Shown here piece after piece: positions 23,003 through 31,832 of a DNA stretch of 64,000 nt. The notes under the pieces are model-generated. The model was given only the letters and a program-made list of their open reading frames with translations. It was not told where the DNA came from and searched no databases. A program made the position numbers and the translations under genes. Position 1 is the first letter of the stretch, and every line of letters begins with the position of its first letter. The DNA is from Candidatus Peregrinibacteria bacterium. GTDB lineage: Bacteria; Patescibacteriota; Gracilibacteria; UM-FILTER-43-11; JACRIE01. The stretch is taken from assembly GCA_016220165.1 (NCBI GenBank), contig JACRIE010000040.1, positions 16,364-80,363 of the forward strand, in the 5' to 3' direction.

Positions 23003-25935
23003 ACGCCCAACAGCAAGCGGCAGTGCGGCACCGCAACGGACCTTTGCTCGTGGTCGCGGGAGCGGGCACAGGGAAAACAAGCGTGATCACGCATCGGATC
23101 GCTCATATTTTAAACGAGGGATGGTGCAGACACGACGAAATTCTGGCGCTCACGTTCACGGATAAAGCGACTCAGGAAATTGAGGAACGGGTCGATCAGC
23201 TCATGCCGCTGGGGTATGAAGCCATCACCATTCGGACCTTTCATGGTTTTTGCGACGATCTCTTGCGCGAATTTGGGATCGACATCGGCATCAATCCGAA
23301 TTTTCGGATCTTACAGGGAGTGGCGCACTGGCTATTCCTTAAAGAGCGCCTATTTGAATTCGATTTGGATTATTATCGTCCTTTGGGAAATCCAACCGCG
23401 TTTATTGACGCCTTCATTAAGGCGTTTGCGCGATTCAAAGAAGAATTAAATACGCCGGAAGACGCGCTGGCATTTGCCGAAAAGAAGACTGCCGAAGCCA
23501 AAACCGACGAAGAAAAAATAGAGGCCAAACGGCTTGTGGAATTGACTACGGCATACGGACGATATCAGGAATTGCTCACGGAAAACGATTGTCTGGATTT
23601 CGCGGATCTCCAAATAAAAACGCTGGAGCTATTCGAAAAACGACCCAATATCCTTGCCCATCTGCAAAAGCGGTATCGCTACATTCTTGTAGATGAATAT
23701 CAGGACACCAACATCGCGCAAAACACGATCGTGGATCGTTTAGTCGAAAAACACCGTAATCTGACCGTGGTGGGGGATGATGATCAGTCCATTTATAAAT
23801 TCCGCGGCGCGGCCATTTCAAATATCCTCCAATTCCAGGAGCGGTATCCCGACCTCACGAAAATCGTGCTCACGGAAAATTATCGCTCCGGCCAATCTAT
23901 CCTCGATTTCGCGTACGCGTCCATTCAGCACAACAATCCCGATCGCCTTGAGATCAAATCAGGCGTGGATAAACGCCTGAAAGGCCGGCGCCCCAGCACG
24001 CCGGATTCCATTCATTTAATTCACTCAACGACGCTGGACCAAGAGGTCGAAACCGTGATTTCGGAAATCCAGAATTTGGTAGGGACGTGCCACGGCACGT
24101 CCTCCCTAATATCCCTATCCGAAATCGCGGTGTTGTCTCGCACCAACGCTCAACTGCAGGCCTTTACCGAAGGATTCCAAAAGGCAGGCATTCCTTACAA
24201 TTTTATCTCAGAACGCGGACTCTATCGCAAAGAAGAAATCCGCGATCTCGTGACGCTCCTGCGCGTGCTCGCGAATCCAACGGACGACATCAGCTTCTAT
24301 CGCGTGCTACGGATGCCATTCTGGAAACTTTCCATGGAACTAATCATGACGCTCATCGCGGAAGGAAGTAAGAACTATAAAGGTATCTATCAGCAGATTA
24401 AAGCTAAAGAAGAATGTCGTCTTTTAAGCGATACCTTCCGCGATCTGCTGGAATTTTCAAAAAATCATACCGCTGGCGAAACGCTTTATCGGTTCACGGA
24501 AACCGTACAGCTGTATCAACAGCTATTGGCTCAGGGAACCATTGAAACGGAAGAGCAAATTCTGAATATCGCCACGTTTTTTAATAAAATCCGCGAATTT
24601 GAACAAAATTCGGAAAACAAAACAATACTCGACTTTGTGGAATATCTTGATCTGGCCGAAGAAGCCGGCGAGAACCCAGCGGCCAGTTTTGAACTTCAAA
24701 ATCGCGAGGGCGTTTTCATATCCACCGTGCACGGCGCCAAAGGACTGGAATTCCACACGGTTTTTTTGACGAATCTCACGAACGATCGCTTTCCCGGATC
24801 CCGTCGCGGCGATTCAATTGAAATTCCGGACGAATTCGTGCACGAAATTCTGACGCATTCGGACACGCATCTTCAGGAAGAACGGAGGCTTTTTTATGTC
24901 GCGGTCACGCGCGCCAAAGAACGCCTGTATTTGCTTCACAGCGACTTTTACGGTCAGAGCTTTTCAAAAAATCCGCGTAAGAAAAAACGCTCGCGCTTCA
25001 TCGACGAAATTTTCTCCCCTGAAGGCGAGGATCATAATCTTCGCCTTCATATCAACGCGATCGAAAAAACCGCGGAAGGAATTGGGCAATTCATAAAGCC
25101 CTCTTCAAAAAATTCCCCTGAAGGCGAGGATCCCCATCCTCGCCTGGACCAAGAGCCCCTTCGAACCATCACCCAATTCAGCTATTCCCAATTAATGCAA
25201 TTCCAAACGTGCCCGCGCCAATACGAATACCAATACGTGCTGAAAATCCCGCAGCCCATGAGCGCGAACTTGAGCTTTGGCTCCACCATGCATACGACCT
25301 TGCAGAAGTTTTACAAGCACGTCTTGCAGCAAAAACAAACATCGCTTTTTCAGGAATTTGAGCCAAAGACGTCTCTCGAAGAACTTCTGAAAATTTACGA
25401 CGAAAACTGGATCGCCCAGGGATACGAGAGTAAAGCCCACATAGAGGTTAGAAAAACCCGCGGTCGCGAAATTTTGACTCAATTCCACGAACATTTTAAA
25501 GAAGACGTGTCTCACGTCCGATTCTTGGAAAAAAGCTTCAAGCTCAAAATCGGAAACTACACGCTCAGCGGTCGCATCGACCGCGCGGATGATTTGCCGG
25601 ACGGAACCCTCGAAATCATCGACTACAAAACCGGTCGGACGCGCACGGAAAAAGAGGTGGAAAACGATCTTCAGCTCTTCCTCTATGCCATCGCGGCGCA
25701 CGACTGTTTTAGCCTTAAGGCCTCACGCCTGACGCTTTATTTCCTCGACGAAGACGTAAAAATTTCCACCGCGCCGGATGAGGCTAAATTCGAGCAAGTC
25801 AAACGCGACGTCTCGGACATCGCGGACGCCGTCAACCGCTCCGACTTCTCTCCGACCCCAAGCCAATTCAAATGCCGTCAATGCCCTTACAACAAAATCT
25901 GCGAATCTTCTTTAGGTTTTATGGTCTTCAGGTAG
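22990..25935 (+). CDS. UvrD/PcrA-type superfamily 1 helicase fused to a C-terminal PD-(D/E)xK (Cas4/AddB-like) nuclease domain
   Basis: GTG start. Helicase motifs: LNAQQQAAV, VAGAGTGKTSV, TFHGFC, ILVDEYQDTN, VVGDDDQSIYKFRGA, TENYRS, TVHGAKGLEF, YVAVTRAKERL and SRFIDEI. The C-terminus has CPRQYEY...IDRAD..IIDYKTG...CRQCPYNKIC. Confidence 0.88.
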   Translation: MHPLNAQQQAAVRHRNGPLLVVAGAGTGKTSVITHRIAHILNEGWCRHDEILALTFTDKATQEIEERVDQLMPLGYEAITIRTFHGFCDDLLREFGIDIGINPNFRILQGVAHWLFLKERLFEFDLDYYRPLGNPTAFIDAFIKAFARFKEELNTPEDALAFAEKKTAEAKTDEEKIEAKRLVELTTAYGRYQELLTENDCLDFADLQIKTLELFEKRPNILAHLQKRYRYILVDEYQDTNIAQNTIVDRLVEKHRNLTVVGDDDQSIYKFRGAAISNILQFQERYPDLTKIVLTENYRSGQSILDFAYASIQHNNPDRLEIKSGVDKRLKGRRPSTPDSIHLIHSTTLDQEVETVISEIQNLVGTCHGTSSLISLSEIAVLSRTNAQLQAFTEGFQKAGIPYNFISERGLYRKEEIRDLVTLLRVLANPTDDISFYRVLRMPFWKLSMELIMTLIAEGSKNYKGIYQQIKAKEECRLLSDTFRDLLEFSKNHTAGETLYRFTETVQLYQQLLAQGTIETEEQILNIATFFNKIREFEQNSENKTILDFVEYLDLAEEAGENPAASFELQNREGVFISTVHGAKGLEFHTVFLTNLTNDRFPGSRRGDSIEIPDEFVHEILTHSDTHLQEERRLFYVAVTRAKERLYLLHSDFYGQSFSKNPRKKKRSRFIDEIFSPEGEDHNLRLHINAIEKTAEGIGQFIKPSSKNSPEGEDPHPRLDQEPLRTITQFSYSQLMQFQTCPRQYEYQYVLKIPQPMSANLSFGSTMHTTLQKFYKHVLQQKQTSLFQEFEPKTSLEELLKIYDENWIAQGYESKAHIEVRKTRGREILTQFHEHFKEDVSHVRFLEKSFKLKIGNYTLSGRIDRADDLPDGTLEIIDYKTGRTRTEKEVENDLQLFLYAIAAHDCFSLKASRLTLYFLDEDVKISTAPDEAKFEQVKRDVSDIADAVNRSDFSPTPSQFKCRQCPYNKICESSLGFMVFR
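25019..25049. repeat. hairpin repeat family copy inside the helicase-nuclease gene (first of two)
   Basis: tgaaggcgaggat-cata-atcttcgccttca, with one G.T position. Translated as SPEGEDHNLRLH. Confidence 0.8.
25122..25145. repeat. hairpin repeat family copy inside the helicase-nuclease gene (second of two)
   Basis: AGGCGAGGAT-cccc-ATCCTCGCCT, preceded by cccctga. Translated as SPEGEDPHPRLD. Confidence 0.8.
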
Positions 25936-26016
25936 AAACCAACCCGAATTGATATAAAATCGATTACAGATTCAGATCGTTTTAGACTATAATTTTTGCT
26001 GTAATCACTTTTTTAT

Positions 26017-27177
26017 ATGACTTTGATCACTATTCTCATTCTTATAGGTTTGGCAGCCATTGGCTTTTTAGTATATCAGCTCACGCAGGAATTTAAGCGT
26101 GCGCAACAGGGCAAAACCGAAGACAAAAGCCTTCTCATGCTCCAGCAGCAGCTCGATTCGCTCCGCAAGACGTTCCAGGAGGGGATGAAGAATCAGGACA
26201 AAACGCTCAACGAGCAACTCAATCGTTCGCAGGAAGCCCTTTCCAAACAGTTCGCGGCAAGCTCCCAGATCGTCAAAGAAGTGACGAACAATGTAAAAAG
26301 CGTGACGGAAAAGCTGACCCAGCTAAGCGAAACCAATAAACAGGTCGTGGGCTTCGCGGAACAGCTCAAAACGCTCGAAAACACGCTGAGGAACCCCAAA
26401 CAGCGTGGCATTTTAGGTGAATTTTTCCTTGAGAACATGCTGTCCAACGTGCTTCCGCCCAGCAGTTTCCAGATGCAATACGCGTTCCCCGGTGGCGAAA
26501 TCGTGGACGCCGCCATTTTCGTGAAGGATAAAATCATCCCCGTGGACGCCAAATTCTCGCTCGAAAACTACAATCGCATCATGGAAGAAAAAGACGACGC
26601 CTCCCGTGACAATCTGCAGAAGGAATTCAAATCCGACCTCAAAAAACGCATCGACGAGACCTCCAAATACGTCCGTCCGGAGAAAGGGACTACCGATTTC
26701 GCCTTCATGTTCATTCCGGCGGATGGCGTTTTCTATAATCTTCTCACGCACAAAGTGGGCGCGCTGGAAGTGAATACGACCGATTTGATCGATTACGCCT
26801 TCAAAAAACGGGTGATTCTGGTCTCGCCCATGACATTTTACGCCTATCTACAGACTGTCATGCATGCCCTTCGCGCGCTCGTCATCGAAGAGTCGGCCAA
26901 AGAGATCCAAAAGCGGGTGGGGGATTTAGGCCGCCATTTAAACGCGTACCAGGACTATTTCAAACGATTGGGCGGACATTTAGGAACCACGGTCAATACC
27001 TACAATAACGCCGGCAAGGAACTGGGGAAAATAGACAAGGACGTAGTCAAAATCACCGAAGGCGCCGTGGGCGGCGCCATTGAAATCCCCCTCATCGAGA
27101 AGCCTGAAGCGGATGAAGAAACGGAAATGAAAGTAACGTTAAAAGAAGCAAAAATCAAAACAACAAGAGACGAGTGA
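26017..27177 (+). CDS. rmuC: DNA recombination protein RmuC
   Basis: N-terminal TM helix, coiled coil, then the RmuC core (LRNPKQRGILGEFFLENMLSNVLP, IPVDAKFSLENY, FMFIPADGVFY, ILVSPMTFYAYL). Confidence 0.88.
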   Translation: MTLITILILIGLAAIGFLVYQLTQEFKRAQQGKTEDKSLLMLQQQLDSLRKTFQEGMKNQDKTLNEQLNRSQEALSKQFAASSQIVKEVTNNVKSVTEKLTQLSETNKQVVGFAEQLKTLENTLRNPKQRGILGEFFLENMLSNVLPPSSFQMQYAFPGGEIVDAAIFVKDKIIPVDAKFSLENYNRIMEEKDDASRDNLQKEFKSDLKKRIDETSKYVRPEKGTTDFAFMFIPADGVFYNLLTHKVGALEVNTTDLIDYAFKKRVILVSPMTFYAYLQTVMHALRALVIEESAKEIQKRVGDLGRHLNAYQDYFKRLGGHLGTTVNTYNNAGKELGKIDKDVVKITEGAVGGAIEIPLIEKPEADEETEMKVTLKEAKIKTTRDE

Positions 27178-27215
27178 CTAGTGACGAGTAAATGCGTTTC
27201 TCGTCTCTCGTCTCT
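27166..27215 (+). promoter_or_regulatory. GACGAG-type hairpin (copy C), overlapping the rmuC stop and upstream of the pilin-like operon
   Basis: AGAGACGAG-tgactagt-GACGAG-taaatgcgttt-CTCGTC-t-CTCGTCTCT. It shares AGTGACnAGTGACGAG ... CTCGTnnCTCGTCTCT with the leaders at 13587-13665 and 55052-55139, but the loop differs. Confidence 0.6.
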
Positions 27216-27222
27216 AATCCGC

Positions 27223-27251
27223 TGGTTTTTTGGCTTTAGAAATGGTATAAT
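27223..27251 (+). promoter_or_regulatory. extended -10 promoter for the pilin-like operon (TGgTATAAT)
   Basis: TGG at 27243-27245 and TATAAT at 27246-27251, with a weak -35 tggttt at 27223-27228. Confidence 0.5.
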
Positions 27252-27274
27252 AAATAGATTTAATCTATCTTTTG

Positions 27275-27688
27275 ATGGTACATAAAATTATTGCAGGATC
27301 GGCGCTCCTCTTTGTACTTATCTTGGTTGTGCCGGCTTTTTCATTTGCCCAGGATACGGTTTCTCCGTTAAATGACAGCGATTTCACATTCGATTTGAAC
27401 GCGATCACTCATCAAAAAATCAAACAGGATCGCTGGATCGATCAGGGCGTCAATTACGTGATTCAGCGCGTCATCACGCTGACCGCCCAAACAATCGGCG
27501 TGATCTCGATTTTAGGATTCAGCGCGGGCGGACTTTTGATTCTCATGTCCGCCGGCAGCGACGAATTAATCACCAAAGGAAAAAATTTAATGAAATACTC
27601 CCTGCTGGGCCTCGTTTTTGTGCTGTCCGCCTATCTGCTTGTCATGACTATCCAAACACTCGTAACGAGTATCTTTAAAGGTTTTTAA
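27275..27688 (+). CDS. TrbC/VirB2-like (T4SS-type) mini-pilin, paralogue 1
   Basis: Signal peptide (AGSALLFVLILVVPAFSFAQ) and a C-terminal helix-loop-helix: ISILGFSAGGLLILMSAGSDELITKGKNLMKYSLLGLVFVLSAYLLV. ATG at 27275; the track uses the TTG at 27272. Confidence 0.65.
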   Translation: MVHKIIAGSALLFVLILVVPAFSFAQDTVSPLNDSDFTFDLNAITHQKIKQDRWIDQGVNYVIQRVITLTAQTIGVISILGFSAGGLLILMSAGSDELITKGKNLMKYSLLGLVFVLSAYLLVMTIQTLVTSIFKGF

Positions 27689-27695
27689 CCGTATC

Positions 27696-28319
27696 TTGAA
27701 ACGTTATCTTTTTTCAATCACCGCTTTTTTATTCCTGATGATCGGGCTGGTTGGCCCTGTCAGCTTAACTTATGCACTTGGCGCCCCCGAACAGGGCGAA
27801 TTGAAAGTGGCTGATACGGTCAGCGGATGTGAAGGAATTATCTACGGAGGAGGAAATAAAAAAAATTCGATGCCCATCAATTGCCTTTTTCTGGATGAAC
27901 CCATCGGCGGCAAGCCGGGTTATGATTTATTTTCAAGGGAGTGCAAAAAGGCCGACAAAAATAAGCAGCCGGCCGAACCCTCCCAGTGCGAATATAAACT
28001 ATGGACCGGAGGCTCCATTGACCCGGGCAAAGGCCCTTTTCAGGCCATACTTTCCTACACGCCGGGCAAAGAGGCGCAGGGGTCGCTTCAGCTTTTGTAT
28101 AACTACGTGGGGCTGATCTACAAATATCTTTCCGGCGTCATTGTCGGCGTCACGGTCTTGATGACCGTGGTCGGGGGAATCCAGATCATCACGTCGCATG
28201 GATCCGAAGGAAAAACCGCCGGCACGGACCGCATCCTCCATTCCTTGCTGGGCATGGTACTGTGGTTTTTGGCGTCCCTGATCCTTTACACGATTAACCC
28301 GACCTTCTTCCGGTTTTAA
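27696..28319 (+). CDS. TrbC/VirB2-like mini-pilin, paralogue 2, with a Cys-containing insert
   Basis: TTG start, signal peptide, 4-Cys middle region, and C-terminus VLMTVVGGIQIITSHGSEGKTAGTDRILHSLLGMVLWFLASLILY. Confidence 0.6.
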   Translation: MKRYLFSITAFLFLMIGLVGPVSLTYALGAPEQGELKVADTVSGCEGIIYGGGNKKNSMPINCLFLDEPIGGKPGYDLFSRECKKADKNKQPAEPSQCEYKLWTGGSIDPGKGPFQAILSYTPGKEAQGSLQLLYNYVGLIYKYLSGVIVGVTVLMTVVGGIQIITSHGSEGKTAGTDRILHSLLGMVLWFLASLILYTINPTFFRF

Positions 28320-28322
28320 AAA

Positions 28323-28724
28323 ATGGTGATTATGAAAAAATATTACATGGTTCTCATCGGCGTTTTAATTAATTTTTCTCAGGCATTAGCGCTTGCGACA
28401 AATGAGACTCAAATCACCGAACCGTTGGGCGGCGACACCCTTTTGGGAAAAACATTGTTTCAGAAAGACGTTGGAACTGGCATTCAGGGTAGTTTTATTT
28501 TTAGTAAACTTATTCCTTTTTTAATCAGATATGGCATTCAGCTCGCGGTGGCGCTCGCCGTCATCGCGATCATCGCGGGAGGTTTCCAATTCATCATCGC
28601 GTTCGGAAATACCGAAAAGCGCGAAGCAGCTCAAAAAACCATTATTTATGCCGTTATCGGCCTAGTCATCGCGTTAACCGCGTATGGAATCGTCAAAATT
28701 ATCACCGGCATTAATCTCGTCTAA
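28323..28724 (+). CDS. TrbC/VirB2-like mini-pilin, paralogue 3
   Basis: Signal peptide and AIIAGGFQFIIAFGNTEKREAAQKTIIYAVIGLVIALTAYGIVKII. Confidence 0.65.
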   Translation: MVIMKKYYMVLIGVLINFSQALALATNETQITEPLGGDTLLGKTLFQKDVGTGIQGSFIFSKLIPFLIRYGIQLAVALAVIAIIAGGFQFIIAFGNTEKREAAQKTIIYAVIGLVIALTAYGIVKIITGINLV

Positions 28725-29351
28725 ATGAGCCTCTTCATTTCTTTAAAAAAAGGCGTTCCATTGTTCACTCTCTTTGTTCTTTTCGTTATTTTACTATCCC
28801 CTGGACGACTACTGGCGGACCGCACACCGCGCGATATCATGAAAGACGAGCTGGCTCGAATCAGCCAGACGATCGACAGGACTGATCTGGACGACACCAT
28901 TAAGATAGAAAACGACAAAACTCAAAAGCAGATCATCGGGGAACTTCTGGACATCGCTGAAAACAAAGTTAATGACGATCCAACTAAGACGAGTGACGAT
29001 GACGCGCGATCGGCGATTCAGGCCGTCCAGCAGGCGTTAGTCAATCCGCATCTATTTAAAAATGCGATAAATGATAAAAAGGAAGTCACCCAAGTCGCAT
29101 TGGATGTCCTGAAAGGCGACATTTTCGAGGATCTGGTGCCTCAACTCATCAAACTCGCCTTCAAAGTGGCCTGGGTCGTCATCTTTATCTCGTTTTTGGT
29201 CTCCGGCATCCTCATGATCCTGTCCATGGACAGCGAAGACCGTCTGGTTAAGGCCAAAGCCATTCTCTATTATTCGTTGATCGGCTTTACAATGATAACG
29301 CTGGCGTTCGCCATCGTGAAGGCCCTAACCAATATCAATTTTTTCAGTTAA
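28725..29351 (+). CDS. TrbC/VirB2-like mini-pilin, paralogue 4, with an extended N-terminal domain
   Basis: Starts on the base after the previous stop. Signal peptide, charged helical region, and C-terminus FLVSGILMILSMDSEDRLVKAKAILYYSLIGFTMITLAFAIV. Confidence 0.6.
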   Translation: MSLFISLKKGVPLFTLFVLFVILLSPGRLLADRTPRDIMKDELARISQTIDRTDLDDTIKIENDKTQKQIIGELLDIAENKVNDDPTKTSDDDARSAIQAVQQALVNPHLFKNAINDKKEVTQVALDVLKGDIFEDLVPQLIKLAFKVAWVVIFISFLVSGILMILSMDSEDRLVKAKAILYYSLIGFTMITLAFAIVKALTNINFFS

Positions 29352-29753
29352 ATGAACCAGAAAAAAAACATCATCAATGGTATTTTCGCTGCATTTCTTT
29401 CGTTTTTTCTAAAAGCTCACAAAGCGGCTGCTTTTGGGATCAACGATTTCCGGAGCGAGCTGTTCAAGCCCATCAATTTGACGGGCATCAAAAGCACGAC
29501 GCTCGGCGCCGCGGCCAAAATCACAGTAGCCGCCAATTTTTTTATCAATTTAATCCTTTACGCTTCGGGTGGACTTGCGGTATTGTTGCTCATCATCGGA
29601 GCCATCCAATACATTTCCAGTTTCGGCCAACAGGAGGGAATGGACAGAGGTAAAAAAACGATCCAATACGCTTTGCTGGGCCTCCTCGCAGTTATCACGG
29701 CCTATTTTATAGTCACTAATCTCATTAAAATTCTTTACAGTACCGCAGGATAA
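29352..29753 (+). CDS. TrbC/VirB2-like mini-pilin, paralogue 5
   Basis: Starts on the base after the previous stop. LLIIGAIQYISSFGQQEGMDRGKKTIQYALLGLLAVITAYFIV. Confidence 0.65.
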   Translation: MNQKKNIINGIFAAFLSFFLKAHKAAAFGINDFRSELFKPINLTGIKSTTLGAAAKITVAANFFINLILYASGGLAVLLLIIGAIQYISSFGQQEGMDRGKKTIQYALLGLLAVITAYFIVTNLIKILYSTAG

Positions 29754-29784
29754 CGAAAACTATTAAATAAAAAATAAAAAATAT

Positions 29785-29808
29785 CCAAAATTCCAAAATT
29801 CCAAAATT
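29785..29808 (+). repeat. three tandem CCAAAATT octamers abutting a -35 box
   Basis: ccaaaatt ccaaaatt ccaaaatt runs directly into TTGACA (29808-29813). Confidence 0.8.
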
Positions 29809-29835
29809 TGACATTTAAATTATTACTGATAAAAT
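29808..29835 (+). promoter_or_regulatory. strong sigma70-type promoter (TTGACA-16-TAAAAT) for the riboswitch-controlled operon
   Basis: TTGACA at 29808-29813 and TAAAAT at 29830-29835. Confidence 0.6.
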
Positions 29836-29848
29836 AAAGTCAAATTCA

Positions 29849-29986
29849 TTATCAAGAGTCCGCTGAGGGAACGGCCCTATGAAGCGGCAGCAACCGCCTT
29901 CTGAGGCGCCATGAACCGCCTGGTTCAGGGCCCTACAAGATGGCAAGGTGCTAACTCCGTCCTGCCTTAAGCGGGAAAGATAAGTT
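29849..29986 (+). promoter_or_regulatory. SAM-I (S-box) riboswitch aptamer
   Basis: TTATCAAGAG-tccgc-TGAGGGAacGGCCCtATGAAgcggCaGCAACC...(long P3 insert)...GGTGCTAActCC-gtcctgccttaagcggga-AAGATAAG. All conserved S-box blocks are present, and P1 is TTATC/GATAA. Confidence 0.85.
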
Positions 29987-29992
29987 AACAGT

Positions 29993-30026
29993 CTTTCTTC
30001 CTTCAGGAGGCAAGATTTTTTTATTT
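29993..30026 (+). terminator. riboswitch expression-platform terminator
   Basis: Imperfect stem tctttcttcc-ttca-ggaggcaaga followed by tttttttatttt, ending 9 nt before the ATG at 30035. Confidence 0.55.
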
Positions 30027-30034
30027 TACAACCT

Positions 30035-30874
30035 ATGCCCCCTCTCGATTTATCGCGTCTAGAATGTCCTTCATTCGCTTTTCGCCCTGATGAGTGGACG
30101 GAAGCCTTTCAGACAGGCTTACAAAAAGATGGCCTGACAGGACAGGAAGTATTTGAAGTAGGCGTCGGAACAGGCGTCAATGCACACTTTGCGCTTAGTC
30201 GGCTTCAGGTAACCAGATTTTTTGGCGCGGATCTTGACGAACGGCTACTTCCTGTCGCGAGACGAAACGTTGACCGCGCATTGTCGCCGGAGCTTGCCGC
30301 GCGCTTTTCTGCGATCGAAGGATCCACTGATCTTCTGACTTCGGAAGCGGCTATTGCCATTGTCCGCGAAAGAGTCCGGGTCGTGATCGCCTGCATCCCG
30401 CAAGCGCTTAGACCGAAAGGCGTCCCCGAACATCCTGATGACATAGCTCATTATTACCCCGAGGAACCTTTCAGGAAATATCCTTTTAATCGATTCGCTT
30501 TAGGACTCAACGAAGCTCTGCTCCGACAATTTTATGAGTTAATTCAACAGGCTCAAGATCCCTCTTCAAAATACATTATCCTCAATTTAGGCGGGCGTGT
30601 CGGAAGAAAAGTTTTACTCGATCTTTTTAGGACAAATGGGCTGGTGCCGCACATCCTCCATGAACAAATGATTCCCCAATGCCCGACAACTCATCTCGAT
30701 TTTTTCGTTAAATTGGAACGCACGGGAACTCCCTGCGAATTTTTTTCCGATGCCGAAGGACAGCTCCCCATTACAGCGGCAACGGCCGAAGCTCGACGTC
30801 TGGAAGAACAAAGTGTCTTTCATAAAATTTATGTAATAAAAGGAACACTGAAAACGCAATCTGACATTTCATAA
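30035..30874 (+). CDS. SAM-dependent methyltransferase resembling methionine S-methyltransferase (plant MMT N-terminal domain / bacterial MmtN)
   Basis: FRPDEW..AF..GL......VFEVGVGTGVN (motif I), FGADLD, then RVVIACIPQAL.P, FALGLNE and ILNLGGRVG. I recall these blocks from MMT/MmtN as CIPQIL.P, FGLGLIA and IFNMGGRPG. The comparison is from memory only, with no alignment run. Confidence 0.55.
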   Translation: MPPLDLSRLECPSFAFRPDEWTEAFQTGLQKDGLTGQEVFEVGVGTGVNAHFALSRLQVTRFFGADLDERLLPVARRNVDRALSPELAARFSAIEGSTDLLTSEAAIAIVRERVRVVIACIPQALRPKGVPEHPDDIAHYYPEEPFRKYPFNRFALGLNEALLRQFYELIQQAQDPSSKYIILNLGGRVGRKVLLDLFRTNGLVPHILHEQMIPQCPTTHLDFFVKLERTGTPCEFFSDAEGQLPITAATAEARRLEEQSVFHKIYVIKGTLKTQSDIS

Positions 30875-30886
30875 TTTCTTTAATTT

Positions 30887-31777
30887 ATGGCCTCATTCAC
30901 TGATTTTATCGCTTCCAAAAAATATGTCATTTTAAGCGGCGCTATGGGCACTGAATTGCAACGCCGTGGGTACGAAACGCGTCTGCCGCTATGGTCTGCC
31001 CAAGCTAACCTTGATGCTCCTGAACTCGTCAGACAAATTCATGAAGACTACATTAAAGCGGGCACGGACCTCCTCACGACCAACACCTTTCGTACTCAGC
31101 CCTATACATTCCAAAAAGTGAGGCGACGCCCACTCGCCTCTGAAGCGACTAAAAACGCGGTACAGGCAATTCTCCGGGCCAAAAAAAGCGCTGACAGGGA
31201 TGTGTTCGCGGGAGGTGAATTGGCTCCTTTGGAAGATTGTTATTTACCAGATCTTATTCCGGAAGATTCTATCCTGGAAGAAGAACATTTTTCTCAGGCG
31301 AAGTTGCTCGCGTCGCTGGGAGTTGATTTTCTTTTTTGCGAAACGATTAACTCAATTCGGGAAGCCTTAATAATGATACGCGCGGCAAAGTCAACAGGGC
31401 TTCCTTTTATGATCAGCTTTTTAGTCAATCCTCAAGGCGATCTTTTAAACGGAGAATCATTAAAAAAAGTTATCGATCGCGTGGCAGTCTTCCATCCGGT
31501 AGGCATCCTCCTTAATTGCCGTCCCATTGACATTATAAATCAGGGAATCGATTCTCTATGCCGGTATTATTCCGGAGTGAAGGGAGTTTATCCTAATGGC
31601 ATAGGTAAGCCTGCTGACGATCTCGGTTGGACGTTCTCAGGTGAAGGAGATAATATTGTAAAATTTGTGGAATTCTGTGAGCGTTGGTATAAGCAGGGAG
31701 TCAAAATTCTAGGCGGCTGCTGTGGAACTACTCCCGAGTACATTAAGGCTTTGAGTAAACGAATGGCAATGCTTTAA
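30887..31777 (+). CDS. mmuM: homocysteine S-methyltransferase
   Basis: ILSGAMGTELQRRGY...LPLWSAQANL..PELVRQIHEDYIKAGTDLLTTNTFRT and the C-terminal zinc-ligand pair ILGGCCGTTPEYI. Confidence 0.85.
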   Translation: MASFTDFIASKKYVILSGAMGTELQRRGYETRLPLWSAQANLDAPELVRQIHEDYIKAGTDLLTTNTFRTQPYTFQKVRRRPLASEATKNAVQAILRAKKSADRDVFAGGELAPLEDCYLPDLIPEDSILEEEHFSQAKLLASLGVDFLFCETINSIREALIMIRAAKSTGLPFMISFLVNPQGDLLNGESLKKVIDRVAVFHPVGILLNCRPIDIINQGIDSLCRYYSGVKGVYPNGIGKPADDLGWTFSGEGDNIVKFVEFCERWYKQGVKILGGCCGTTPEYIKALSKRMAML

Positions 31778-31832
31778 AGATTTACAGGCGATGGCGCAAC
31801 CGTTACAATCGTTGTGCTTTATCTCTTTCCTT

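Noticed and set aside
27166-27215. GACGAG/GTGAC repeats and the heptamer arrays (60750-60847) considered as a CRISPR array.
   Set aside because: The units are 6-7 nt with no spacers of 25-40 nt, there are only 2-4 copies, and no cas genes are present.
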